Assembly: GCA_017625675.1 (NCBI GenBank)
Contig: JAGAKK010000030.1
Coordinates: forward strand, 10,509-74,508
Source of the DNA: Clostridia bacterium
Lineage (GTDB): Bacteria; Bacillota; Clostridia; UBA1212
Length of the DNA: 64,000 nt
Reading direction: 5' to 3'
Shown here one piece after another: positions 47,141 to 56,674 of this stretch (the first letter of the stretch is position 1; each line of letters begins with the position of its first letter). The notes beneath the pieces were generated by a model that did no database searches, was not told the DNA's origin, and saw only the letters and a program-made list of their open reading frames with translations. Made by a program: the position numbers and the translations under genes.

Positions 47141-50100
47141 GTGTATAACACTATGCTTCAATTAAAAAGTATTGTAAAAAATTACAGTGTTGCATCAGGG
47201 GACGTTCTGGCTCTGAATGACGTGACGTTATCCTTCAGAAATAATGAGTTTGTTTCTGTGTTGGGTCCTTCGGGCTGCGGAAAGACGACGCTTCTTAATA
47301 TCGTGGGCGGCCTTGATAAATACACTGACGGAGATCTGATTATTAACGGCGTATCTACGAAGCTTTACAAGGATAAGGACTGGGATACCTACAGAAATCA
47401 TTCCGTGGGTTTTGTTTTCCAGAGCTACAATCTTATTCCTCACCAGTCGGTATTGTCAAACGTTGAGCTTGCCCTTACGTTGTCAGGTGTTTCTAAAAAA
47501 GAGAGAAGAACCCGTAGTATTGAGGCTCTGGAGAAGGTAGGTCTTGGAGATCAGATTCACAAGAAACCTAACCAGATGTCCGGCGGTCAGATGCAGCGCG
47601 TTGCTATAGCAAGAGCTCTCGTAAACGATCCCGATATTCTGCTGGCGGATGAGCCTACAGGTGCCCTTGACTCTGCCACAAGTGTCCAGGTAATGGAGCT
47701 CCTGAAGGAGATCTCAAAAGACAAACTCGTAATTATGGTAACACATAATCCGGAGCTTGCGGAGGAGTATTCTTCCCGAATAGTTAAGCTTCGGGACGGT
47801 CGTGTGGTAGACGATTCTGACCCCTATTCAGAGGAGGAGGCTGACAAGGCCGCGGCAGAGCTGCTGAAGAATAAAAGCGAAGAAGAGGAAAAACTTACCG
47901 CTCAGGGGATAAAGGTCAAACACAAAAAGAAAAAGTCTATGTCCTTTTTTACGGCGCTTTCATTGTCCCTTAATAACCTTATGACGAAAAAAGGCCGTAC
48001 TTTTATGACTTCTTTTGCAGGAAGCATAGGTATTATCGGTATTGCCCTTATCCTTGCCCTTTCTACGGGTATTCAGATGTATATTGATGACGTTCAGAGG
48101 GAAACCTTGTCCTCTTATCCTATTGTGATTCAGAACGAAGAGATGGATATGGCGTCCCTGATGCTTTCTATGCAGGGAGCAGGCAGCGGAAAGGAACACG
48201 ATAAGGACGCTGTTTATGCAGATTCCTCTGCCTATGAATTGTTCAACACACTTTTCGGCACTGATAAAAAGCAAAACAATCTTAACGCATTTAAAAAGTG
48301 GATAGACAAGGAGCTTGATGAGAAAACAGCGGAAACTGATTTTTCAAAGTTTGCTACAACGGTGCATTACAGATATGACGTTGACCTTAATACCTACGTA
48401 ATGAACAGCGAGGGAAAATACGTTTCAACTTCTCTTAGTAGTGCTATGCCTGAGCTTTCTTCTTCGAGCGTACAGTCGGGAGATATGGAGGGGGCTTTCC
48501 AGGTTCAGATGCAGGCAAGCCTTGGCTCTGTAAATATGTGGTCTGAAATTTTACCCGGAAAAGACGGCTCTTTGGTATCCGATATGATTATCGACCAGTT
48601 TGACGTGATAAAAGGAGATTGGCCGAAAAAGGCAAATCAAGTGGTTCTGGTGCTTTCTGAGAACAATGAAATAAATGACTTTGCTTTCTATACGTTGGGT
48701 ATGATGTCTGCAGAAGAAATTCAGGATATTCTGGCTGCGGTTATGAGTCAGACACCTATGGACGTAGAGCAGCGCGTAGCATCTTATGATGATATTTTAA
48801 AAACGAAATTCAAGCTTGTTCTCAATGCGGAAATGTATCAGGACAATGATGAGGACGGTGTCTGGTCCTATATAGGCGATGACGAAAATATTATGAAGCT
48901 CGTCATTGACAAGGGATATGACCTTGAGATTTCAGGTATCGTAAGACCTAAAGAAGATGTTACGGCGACAGCCCTTACCGGCCCCTTCGGATACACCTAT
49001 GCCCTCACTGAATATATTATCGACAAGACCAATGAAACAGAGATAGCAAAGCTTCAGTCTTCTGACAAAAACTCTAATTACGATATCCTTGCAGGATTAC
49101 CCTTCGTTGTAGAGAAAAAGGAGTTGACGGAAGCGGAAAAGGCAGTGGCTGTTATAGAGTATTTTAAGAGTCTTGACGATAAGGGGAAAGCAGGACTTTA
49201 TAAGACGATACTTTCTACACCTTCAGAGGAAGAAATACAGGCCACCATTGACCTTCTCAGACAGGAATACGATACAAGGGAGAAGGTAGAGGCTGTTATT
49301 GCAAAGCAGTATAATATGTCTTTGGAAATGGTACACAGTTATCTTGAAGCCTACGATGATGAAGAGTTTGAGGCCTTCGTAAGAGAGGCGTTGGTGGAAT
49401 ACGTGAAGATTATGAAAGAAGAGCAGGCGGAAACTGCCATTAAGACTATTGTTGCAACGCCTTCTTCTGAGGAGCTTTCCGTGTACGTTTCGAAAATAAT
49501 GGAGCAGCTTCCTTCTAAGGAAATACAGCTCGGATACATTTGCGGAAAATGGACTGCTAAGACTTCTTTGCCGCAGGAAACTGTTATGGGATATCTTATG
49601 AGCCTTGATGAACAGTCTTTCCAAAGCACCCTTTTCGAGGTTGCATCTGAGGATGCGGTGGCAATGTATGCTGCCACAGTTGGCAATTCCGGCGAAGGCG
49701 CAGAGGCTAAGATTGCTGCAAAATTTGATGAAGAATATCTGTCTGAGGAGTTCTTGTCAGCTGAAAATGAGGCGGCAAGGGCGTCAATGTACAGGTTCCT
49801 TCCTTCCGGTGCGTCAGGCTCAACCCTTGAGGACAATTTTAAGAAGCTGGGAATTGCAGACAAGGAGACACCATCTGTAATCAGCATCTATCCTGATACT
49901 TTTGAGGACAAGGAAGAAATTGCAAAAATTATCAAAGAATATAACAAGAACGTTGCTGAGGAGGATCAGATCAGTTATACTGATTATATGGCGCTTCTTA
50001 TGTCAGGAGTTTCGACAATCATCAATGCTGTTTCGTACGGTCTGATTGCCTTCGTAAGTATTTCTCTTGTGGTATCATCAATAATGATCGGAATAATTAC

Positions 50101-50434
50101 GTATATCTCAGTTCTTGAAAGAACCAAGGAGATTGGTATCCTGAGAGCTATAGGAGCATCGAAGAAGGATATTTCCAGAGTGTTCAATGCAGAGACCCTG
50201 ATAGTGGGATTTACTGCAGGTATGATAGGTATTCTCGTGTCGCTTGCGCTTTGTGTACCGATTAATATAATTATCGAAGCTCTTAGCGGAACCTCCGTAG
50301 TTACTGCTCATCTTCCTGCTGCTGCCTGTGTGGTTCTGGTGCTTATCAGTATGCTTCTCACGTTTATTGCAGGTCTTTTCCCGTCAAGGATTGCCGCAAA
50401 GAAGGATCCTGTGGTGGCGCTCAGAACGGAATAA
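47141..50434 (+). CDS. Fused ABC transporter ATPase/permease (MacB/FtsX type)
   Basis: GPSGCGKT, MSGGQ, LADEPTG, VTH; one TM, a large extracellular domain, then FtsX permease ERTKEIG.LRA.GA...P..ALR.E. Confidence 0.93.
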   Translation: MYNTMLQLKSIVKNYSVASGDVLALNDVTLSFRNNEFVSVLGPSGCGKTTLLNIVGGLDKYTDGDLIINGVSTKLYKDKDWDTYRNHSVGFVFQSYNLIPHQSVLSNVELALTLSGVSKKERRTRSIEALEKVGLGDQIHKKPNQMSGGQMQRVAIARALVNDPDILLADEPTGALDSATSVQVMELLKEISKDKLVIMVTHNPELAEEYSSRIVKLRDGRVVDDSDPYSEEEADKAAAELLKNKSEEEEKLTAQGIKVKHKKKKSMSFFTALSLSLNNLMTKKGRTFMTSFAGSIGIIGIALILALSTGIQMYIDDVQRETLSSYPIVIQNEEMDMASLMLSMQGAGSGKEHDKDAVYADSSAYELFNTLFGTDKKQNNLNAFKKWIDKELDEKTAETDFSKFATTVHYRYDVDLNTYVMNSEGKYVSTSLSSAMPELSSSSVQSGDMEGAFQVQMQASLGSVNMWSEILPGKDGSLVSDMIIDQFDVIKGDWPKKANQVVLVLSENNEINDFAFYTLGMMSAEEIQDILAAVMSQTPMDVEQRVASYDDILKTKFKLVLNAEMYQDNDEDGVWSYIGDDENIMKLVIDKGYDLEISGIVRPKEDVTATALTGPFGYTYALTEYIIDKTNETEIAKLQSSDKNSNYDILAGLPFVVEKKELTEAEKAVAVIEYFKSLDDKGKAGLYKTILSTPSEEEIQATIDLLRQEYDTREKVEAVIAKQYNMSLEMVHSYLEAYDDEEFEAFVREALVEYVKIMKEEQAETAIKTIVATPSSEELSVYVSKIMEQLPSKEIQLGYICGKWTAKTSLPQETVMGYLMSLDEQSFQSTLFEVASEDAVAMYAATVGNSGEGAEAKIAAKFDEEYLSEEFLSAENEAARASMYRFLPSGASGSTLEDNFKKLGIADKETPSVISIYPDTFEDKEEIAKIIKEYNKNVAEEDQISYTDYMALLMSGVSTIINAVSYGLIAFVSISLVVSSIMIGIITYISVLERTKEIGILRAIGASKKDISRVFNAETLIVGFTAGMIGILVSLALCVPINIIIEALSGTSVVTAHLPAAACVVLVLISMLLTFIAGLFPSRIAAKKDPVVALRTE

Positions 50435-50465
50435 CGTCGCATAAATACTGCTACGAATAATGAAT

Positions 50466-50520
50466 TGCCGTCTGATTTCAGCTTTTTACAAAAAAAGGTA
50501 AATCAGGCGGCTTCTTTTTA
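50466..50520 (+). terminator. Terminator-like hairpin
   Basis: gccgtctgattt...aaatcaggcggc followed by a T-rich tract. Confidence 0.55.
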
Positions 50521-50601
50521 TAAATTTATTTTGACTTTTGGCAATGGATATGTTATCATATTAACAAGTTTAGAAAATCCTAATGAACGGAGGAAATCGA
50601 T

Positions 50602-51006
50602 ATGATTAAAGTTTTTTACGGAAAAAAGGGTACAGGTAAGACCAAGAATATGCTGGAGAATGCAAACGGTATCGTTGCAAGCAGCGCAGGAAACGTAGTT
50701 TACATTGACGATAGCAATGAACTTTTAATCAAATTGGACAAAAAGATCAGATTTATTAATGTTAAGGATTATCCTGTTGTAGGCTCAGGCGCATTCCTCG
50801 GATTTATCTGCGGCGTGGCTTCACAGAATTACGACATTGAGACTATTTTCATTGACGGACTTACATATATCGTAGGCGAAGATGCTACTTCTCTGGAGTC
50901 TTTCTTTAAGGGTCTTGAGACTATCACTGATGATAATAAGCTGAACTTCTTCATCAGTATTAACGGCGACGGTGAAGTTCCCGCATATCTGAAGAACTAT
51001 ATCTGA
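50602..51006 (+). CDS. Small P-loop protein of unknown function
   Basis: GKKGTGKT, YID, FLGFICG...NYDI..IFIDG; GGAGG RBS. Confidence 0.75.
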   Translation: MIKVFYGKKGTGKTKNMLENANGIVASSAGNVVYIDDSNELLIKLDKKIRFINVKDYPVVGSGAFLGFICGVASQNYDIETIFIDGLTYIVGEDATSLESFFKGLETITDDNKLNFFISINGDGEVPAYLKNYI

Positions 51007-51031
51007 TTATGATTTAAACGGAGTAATTAAG

Positions 51032-53296
51032 GTGACTGTAAAGATTTGCCTTCTTAAATCCAATAATGATTTTGACATGGAATACACCTACATTGTTCCC
51101 GAACATCTTGTGTCGGAAATTGATGTGGGTGTATTTGTCACTGTGCCTTTCGGCAAGGGAAACTCCCTGAGAGAGGCGTTGGTGGTATCTGTTGGTGATT
51201 TTTGTGGAGAAGTTGGATTTAAACTAAAAAAAATAAATGACATTATAAGAAAAAGGGAAAAGCTTTCTCCGGATCTTGTAGAGCTCTGCAGGGAGATGCA
51301 GAAGAGGTATCTTTGCGCCTTTGGAAGTATTGTGTCATTGATGATGCCCCCGGAGCTTCCTGAAAAAAGAAAAATTAAATTTGTAAAACTGACGGCGGAT
51401 GCAGAGAGAGTTTCCTCTTTGCTGTTGGGAAATGAACTGAGAGGAATTAAACAGATACGTTGTGTTGAGGTTCTTCGTGATTCTGAAAATAACGTGATCT
51501 CACTTGAAGCTCTGCAGCGTGATTTTGATATTCAGAAGTCATCTGTTGACACTCTGGTGAAGAAAGGTATTGCGGAGATTTTTGAAGAAGAGGCGGAGTT
51601 CTGTGTTAATACTTACAATGAGTTTGAAAAACAAGGCGGGACTTATCCTGTTCACGAGCTGAATGAGGAGCAGGTCAAGGCCTTTAATAATATAAAAGAA
51701 TGTATAGAAAGCCCTTTGTCTTCGGGAATTCTCTTGCACGGTATTACCGGCAGCGGGAAGACAGAGGTATATCTTAACGCCATAAAATACGTTGTAGAAC
51801 AGGGCGGCTCAGCCATTATGCTTGTGCCGGAAATAGCATTGACACCTCAGATCGTTTCAAGATTTAAGAGCAGGTTCGGAGAAAATATAGCGGTTCTTCA
51901 CAGCAGACTTACTGCGGCTCAGAAAAGAAATGAGTATGAAAAGATAAAAGAGGGTATTGTAAAGATTGTTATCGGCGCCAGATCGGCAGTTTTTGCCCCG
52001 TGTAAAAATCTGAAATTAATAATTCTTGATGAAGAACAGGAGCCCTCGTATAAGTCTTATGACAGTACGCCTTACTATTGCGCTGACGAAATAGCGTTTA
52101 TGAGAAGCAGAATGTGTGGGGGCGCTGTCGTTCTGGGTTCTGCTACACCCAGAGTTACCACCTATTATGAAAGTTTAAGCGGAAAACTGAAATATTCATA
52201 CCTTGGCAATCGTGCGTCTAAAGGAACGCTTCCCGGCGTGTGTATCGTAAATATGCGTGAGGAGTCTGAGAAAATTCCTGGATCTGTATTTAGCAAAACT
52301 CTTTTTGCTGCGATGAAAAAAAACTATGAAGCAGGCAAGCAGACTATTTTGTTCGTGCCGCGAAGAGGCTATGCGGGAAAGCTTGTATGCGGAGACTGCG
52401 GAAAGACTATGGTTTGCAGACGTTGTCGCATTCCTATGACTTATCATAAAAAGGGTGGCCGTCTTATTTGCCATTACTGCGGAAATACCATTACCGTGCC
52501 TGAAAAATGTCCTTCTTGCAACTCTTCCGTCTTTAATTCCAGAAGTATCGGAACTGAATCCGTTGAGGCAGAAATAAAAAAATATTTTGAAAATGCGGAC
52601 GTTATCCGTATGGATGCAGATACTACCACCGGAAAGGAAGGTCACAAGGTTCTTCTTGAGAAATTTGAAAAAGAGAACATTCCTTTTCTTGTGGGCACGC
52701 AGATGATTGCAAAGGGACTTGATTTTCCAAACGTTACCCTTGTGGGTGTGCTTAATGCTGACGGTCTGATAAATATACAGGAGTATACGGCAGGGGAAAG
52801 GGCTTTTCAGCTTCTTACTCAGGTGTTCGGAAGAGCAGGCCGCGGAGACGATAAGGGATACGGAATCCTGCAGACGATGATTACCGATGAGCCTTTGTAC
52901 AGCGCAGCCATCAATCAGGAATATGATTCTTTTTACAAGAATGAGATAGGTTTCAGAGAGGCGGCAGGTTATCCTCCCTTTGTGCATATTTGCACTGTAA
53001 ACGTGAGCGGTATTGACGACAAAGGGGCTTTTTCATTGGCAACGAAATTAAGGTCTGAGACTGAAAAGATATACGACCGGATTAGATTGTCACGAAAGGA
53101 AGATTTTGCGGAGCTTTTTAAGGTCACAAGGTCTCCCGTGCCTAAACTAAACAACAGATATCGCTGGATATTCAATATCAAATCGAAGTCGAAGGATGCC
53201 CTTCTGGAGATAATGGAGGAGTTTGCATATAAAACGTTGACGGGGCTGTCTGCTTTTGAAAAAGAGGCCTTCAGAATCACTTTTGATATAGAATGA
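51032..53296 (+). CDS. priA: Primosomal protein N'
   Basis: V.VPFG, GITGSGKT, PEIALT, GARSA, DEEQ, SATP, four CxxC, KGLDFP, GRAGR. Confidence 0.95.
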   Translation: MTVKICLLKSNNDFDMEYTYIVPEHLVSEIDVGVFVTVPFGKGNSLREALVVSVGDFCGEVGFKLKKINDIIRKREKLSPDLVELCREMQKRYLCAFGSIVSLMMPPELPEKRKIKFVKLTADAERVSSLLLGNELRGIKQIRCVEVLRDSENNVISLEALQRDFDIQKSSVDTLVKKGIAEIFEEEAEFCVNTYNEFEKQGGTYPVHELNEEQVKAFNNIKECIESPLSSGILLHGITGSGKTEVYLNAIKYVVEQGGSAIMLVPEIALTPQIVSRFKSRFGENIAVLHSRLTAAQKRNEYEKIKEGIVKIVIGARSAVFAPCKNLKLIILDEEQEPSYKSYDSTPYYCADEIAFMRSRMCGGAVVLGSATPRVTTYYESLSGKLKYSYLGNRASKGTLPGVCIVNMREESEKIPGSVFSKTLFAAMKKNYEAGKQTILFVPRRGYAGKLVCGDCGKTMVCRRCRIPMTYHKKGGRLICHYCGNTITVPEKCPSCNSSVFNSRSIGTESVEAEIKKYFENADVIRMDADTTTGKEGHKVLLEKFEKENIPFLVGTQMIAKGLDFPNVTLVGVLNADGLINIQEYTAGERAFQLLTQVFGRAGRGDDKGYGILQTMITDEPLYSAAINQEYDSFYKNEIGFREAAGYPPFVHICTVNVSGIDDKGAFSLATKLRSETEKIYDRIRLSRKEDFAELFKVTRSPVPKLNNRYRWIFNIKSKSKDALLEIMEEFAYKTLTGLSAFEKEAFRITFDIE

Positions 53297-53410
53297 TGCA
53301 GTTTAATAAAATAACATTGGAATTTATACGATTTTATGATATAATATAGTGTGGTGTAAAAATATGCCGCGTAGCTTTTGCTTTATTGGTTAGGGAAAGG
53401 ATTTTATTTT

Positions 53411-53875
53411 ATGGCAGTAAGAAACGTGAGAACTGAGGAAAATCCTGTGTTGAGAGAGAAATGCGTAGAGGTTCCCTCCATTACAGACGGAATAAAAAGG
53501 CTGATAAATGATATGTTTGAGACAATGTATGAGTTTGACGGTGTGGGTCTGGCTGCGCCTCAGATAGGCATTGCGAAGAAGATTGTGGTTATTGATGACA
53601 GAGACGGAAATAAGCTTGCGCTTATTAATCCCGTGATAACGGAAAGCCGCGGAGAGCAGATTTCAGAGGAAGGTTGCCTCAGCTTGCCGGGCTTTGCAGG
53701 AAGGGTGAAAAGACCTGAGTTTGTGAAGGTGGAGGCTTTAAACGTTGACGGTGATGAAATTCTCCTTGAAGCGGAAGGATTTCTTGCAATAGTTCTCAGT
53801 CACGAGATTGACCATCTTGACGGTATCCTTTACAAGGATAAAGCATTTGAATTTGGAAAGGCAGCGAAACGCTAA
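53411..53875 (+). CDS. def: Peptide deformylase
   Basis: GVGLAAPQIG, EGCLS, HEIDHLDG. Confidence 0.95.
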   Translation: MAVRNVRTEENPVLREKCVEVPSITDGIKRLINDMFETMYEFDGVGLAAPQIGIAKKIVVIDDRDGNKLALINPVITESRGEQISEEGCLSLPGFAGRVKRPEFVKVEALNVDGDEILLEAEGFLAIVLSHEIDHLDGILYKDKAFEFGKAAKR

Positions 53876-53876
53876 T

Positions 53877-54836
53877 ATGAGTTTAAAGATAGTTTTTATG
53901 GGGACACCGGACTTTGCTGTTCCGGTGCTTCATGCACTCAATAATAATTATAACGTTGTGGGAGTCGTCACAAAGGCTGACAAGCCCAAGGGCAGAGGAA
54001 ACAAGATGACTATGTGCCCCGTAAAGGAAGAGGCCATAAAGCTTGGCATTCCGGTGCTTTCTCCTGAGTCCGTAAGAACTGAGGAGTTTGAAAGGGAGCT
54101 GGCGGCTTTTGGCGCAGATATTTTCGTGACCACAGCCTACGGAAAAATTCTTCCTGAAAATATTTTAAAAATACCGCCCATGGGATGTGTCAACGTTCAC
54201 GCAAGCATATTGCCTTATTACAGAGGGGCAGCACCTCTCTGGAGGGTTGTTTTAAACGGTGAAAACGAGACCGGTGTTACAACGATGCTTACCGACGTTG
54301 GCATGGATACGGGTGATATTCTTCTTTGTGAAAAGATGCCAATCGGTGAGAATATGACTACCGGCGAAGTCCACGATGCTATGAGTGAGTTGGGAGCAAA
54401 GCTTATCATTGAGACTTTGCAAGGTCTTGAGAAGGGTGAAATCACTCCCGTTGCTCAGGAGCACGAAAAGGCTACTTATGCGCCGATGGTTGACCGTGAG
54501 GACGGAAGAATTCGTTGGGCAGAAGGAAAAAATAAAGTCCATAATACCGTAAGAGGTTGCGATCCTTTTCCCGGAGCCTTTTCTTTTCTTGACGGAGAGA
54601 AAATCAAGATATGGAAGACCGTTATCTGCAGAGAAGGCGAGTTTTCGGAGAAAGACGCATCAGGGTGTGCCGGAACAGTCCTTTCTTCAGGCCAGGAAGG
54701 TATCGTTGTGAGCACAGGTGACGGCGCGGTTAAAATTTTGGAGCTCCAGAGAGAATCCTCTAAGAGAATGTCTGCTGCTGCGTTTCTGAACGGCAGAAAA
54801 ATTGAGCCGGGAAGTGTTTTTAAAGATGAAGATTAA
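53877..54836 (+). CDS. fmt: Methionyl-tRNA formyltransferase
   Basis: FMGTPDFA, NVHAS.LP.YRGAAP, GMDTGD. Confidence 0.95.
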   Translation: MSLKIVFMGTPDFAVPVLHALNNNYNVVGVVTKADKPKGRGNKMTMCPVKEEAIKLGIPVLSPESVRTEEFERELAAFGADIFVTTAYGKILPENILKIPPMGCVNVHASILPYYRGAAPLWRVVLNGENETGVTTMLTDVGMDTGDILLCEKMPIGENMTTGEVHDAMSELGAKLIIETLQGLEKGEITPVAQEHEKATYAPMVDREDGRIRWAEGKNKVHNTVRGCDPFPGAFSFLDGEKIKIWKTVICREGEFSEKDASGCAGTVLSSGQEGIVVSTGDGAVKILELQRESSKRMSAAAFLNGRKIEPGSVFKDED

Positions 54837-55863
54837 CCTTTTGGATCTGAATTTTCAGGAATTACAGGAATTTGTGGCTGAGGCAGGACTTCCGAAGTTT
54901 CGCGCAAAACAGATCAATGAGTGGCTTGTGAAGGGAGTAGCAGATTTTGATGAGATGACAAATCTCCCCGGAGCGCTCAGGGAAAAGCTTAAAGAAGTTG
55001 CGGTTACGGGACTTCCTGCTGTGATAAATTGTCTACGCTCGAAAATTGATGACACCGCAAAGTTTCTTTTCAGGCTTCATGACGGTTGCATTATAGAGAG
55101 CGTTCTTATGAAGTACAAATACGGATATTCAGTTTGTATTTCTTCTCAGGCAGGCTGCAGAATGGGGTGCAAGTTCTGCGCATCCTCCGATATACCTTTT
55201 TCAAGAAGTCTGACGTCAGGCGAGATACTGGGCCAGATCATTGCCATTAACAGGCACGAGAACATAAGAATCGGCCACGTTGTTATAATGGGGATCGGAG
55301 AGCCTCTTGACAATTACGACAATATCGTAAAGTTCCTTAAAACGGTTATTTCCGAGGAGTCGCTGGGAATAGGAGCCAGAAAAATTTCCCTTTCTACGTG
55401 CGGGCTTGTTCCCGGAATGCTTAAGCTGGCGGAGGAGGACCTTGCCATAACGTTGTCGGTGTCCCTTCATAATCCTTTTGATGAGGAGAGGTCGGAGATA
55501 ATGCCTGTCAACAGGAAATACTCCCTTGACAATTTATTTGAGGCATGTAAAATTTATATTGAAAAGACCGGCAGGCGTATTACATTTGAATATGCTATGA
55601 TAGTAGGTGTAAGTGATACTGAAAAGCATGCGCTGGAGCTTTGCAGAAGGCTTAAAGGGCTATTGTGCCACGTGAACCTGATACCGGTCAATGCAGTTGA
55701 GGGAAAAAGCTATTCCCGCAGCAGTAAAAAGAGTATAGAGAATTTCAGCGCTATTCTTGAAAAGAAGGGCATTTCAGTCACTGTAAGAAGAGAGTTGGGA
55801 CGAGATATTAATGCCGCTTGCGGTCAGCTTCGTAAGCAGCTCATTGAAGAAGGAAACAGTTAA
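54826..55863 (+). CDS. rlmN: Dual-specificity RNA methyltransferase RlmN
   Basis: FRAKQI, SSQ.GCRMGCKFC, MGIGEP, SLH, AACGQL. Confidence 0.93.
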   Translation: MKINLLDLNFQELQEFVAEAGLPKFRAKQINEWLVKGVADFDEMTNLPGALREKLKEVAVTGLPAVINCLRSKIDDTAKFLFRLHDGCIIESVLMKYKYGYSVCISSQAGCRMGCKFCASSDIPFSRSLTSGEILGQIIAINRHENIRIGHVVIMGIGEPLDNYDNIVKFLKTVISEESLGIGARKISLSTCGLVPGMLKLAEEDLAITLSVSLHNPFDEERSEIMPVNRKYSLDNLFEACKIYIEKTGRRITFEYAMIVGVSDTEKHALELCRRLKGLLCHVNLIPVNAVEGKSYSRSSKKSIENFSAILEKKGISVTVRRELGRDINAACGQLRKQLIEEGNS

Positions 55864-55897
55864 TTAAAAAAGTTCTGCAATAAAGGAGTGTATTGTC

Positions 55898-56674
55898 ATG
55901 GACAGCTTTGTTTTGGATAGTTTTCAAATAAGCGATACCGGAAAAGTACGCGAATTGAATGAGGATAACGTTGGCTGCTTTGTTTCAAAGGACAAGGCGG
56001 TGCGCTTTTACATTGTTGCAGACGGTATGGGAGGCCACCTTGCAGGTGAGGTTGCAAGTCAGATGGCTGTGGAGATATTCGGAGAAGCGGCCGGCGAATT
56101 CGAATACTCCGATGAGGAAGCACTGAGAAGCTTTCTTTCTGAGATTGTTGATGTTATCAATAGAAAGATAAGAAAGAAATCTTCTGAATCTGAGAAGTGC
56201 AGAAATATGGGTACCACTGCTGTAATATACGCGGCCACGGAGTCTTTTGGGCTTTTCTGCAACGTGGGAGACAGCAGAGGATATATTATTTCTGACGAAG
56301 GAATAAAACAAATAACAAAGGACCATTCTTTGGTACAATCAATGATAGACGATGGGTACATTTTCGGTGACGAGGCCCAGAAGCACCATTTCAGCCACGT
56401 TATTACCCGTGCCCTGGGCTTTTTAAAAACCGACAAGGAAGACGAAAAGACCTGCGATCTGTTTAAGGTTCAGCCAATGACAGGGGAGATGGTAATTCTT
56501 TGCTCTGACGGTCTTACCAATATGATTGAGGATGAAGATATTTGCAAGACGGTGCTTGCTGCTTCTTCTCTTGAGGACGCGGGAAAAGAACTTGTGAGAA
56601 TTGCCAATGAAAACGGCGGACATGACAATATTACAGTGTCATTGATAAGATACAGGGGCGGTGAGAAGATATGA
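55898..56674 (+). CDS. PP2C-type Ser/Thr phosphatase (Stp1/PrpC)
   Basis: G.VR..NED, VADGMGGH..GE.AS, MGTT, VGDSR, CSDGL, GG.DNIT. Confidence 0.93.
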   Translation: MDSFVLDSFQISDTGKVRELNEDNVGCFVSKDKAVRFYIVADGMGGHLAGEVASQMAVEIFGEAAGEFEYSDEEALRSFLSEIVDVINRKIRKKSSESEKCRNMGTTAVIYAATESFGLFCNVGDSRGYIISDEGIKQITKDHSLVQSMIDDGYIFGDEAQKHHFSHVITRALGFLKTDKEDEKTCDLFKVQPMTGEMVILCSDGLTNMIEDEDICKTVLAASSLEDAGKELVRIANENGGHDNITVSLIRYRGGEKI

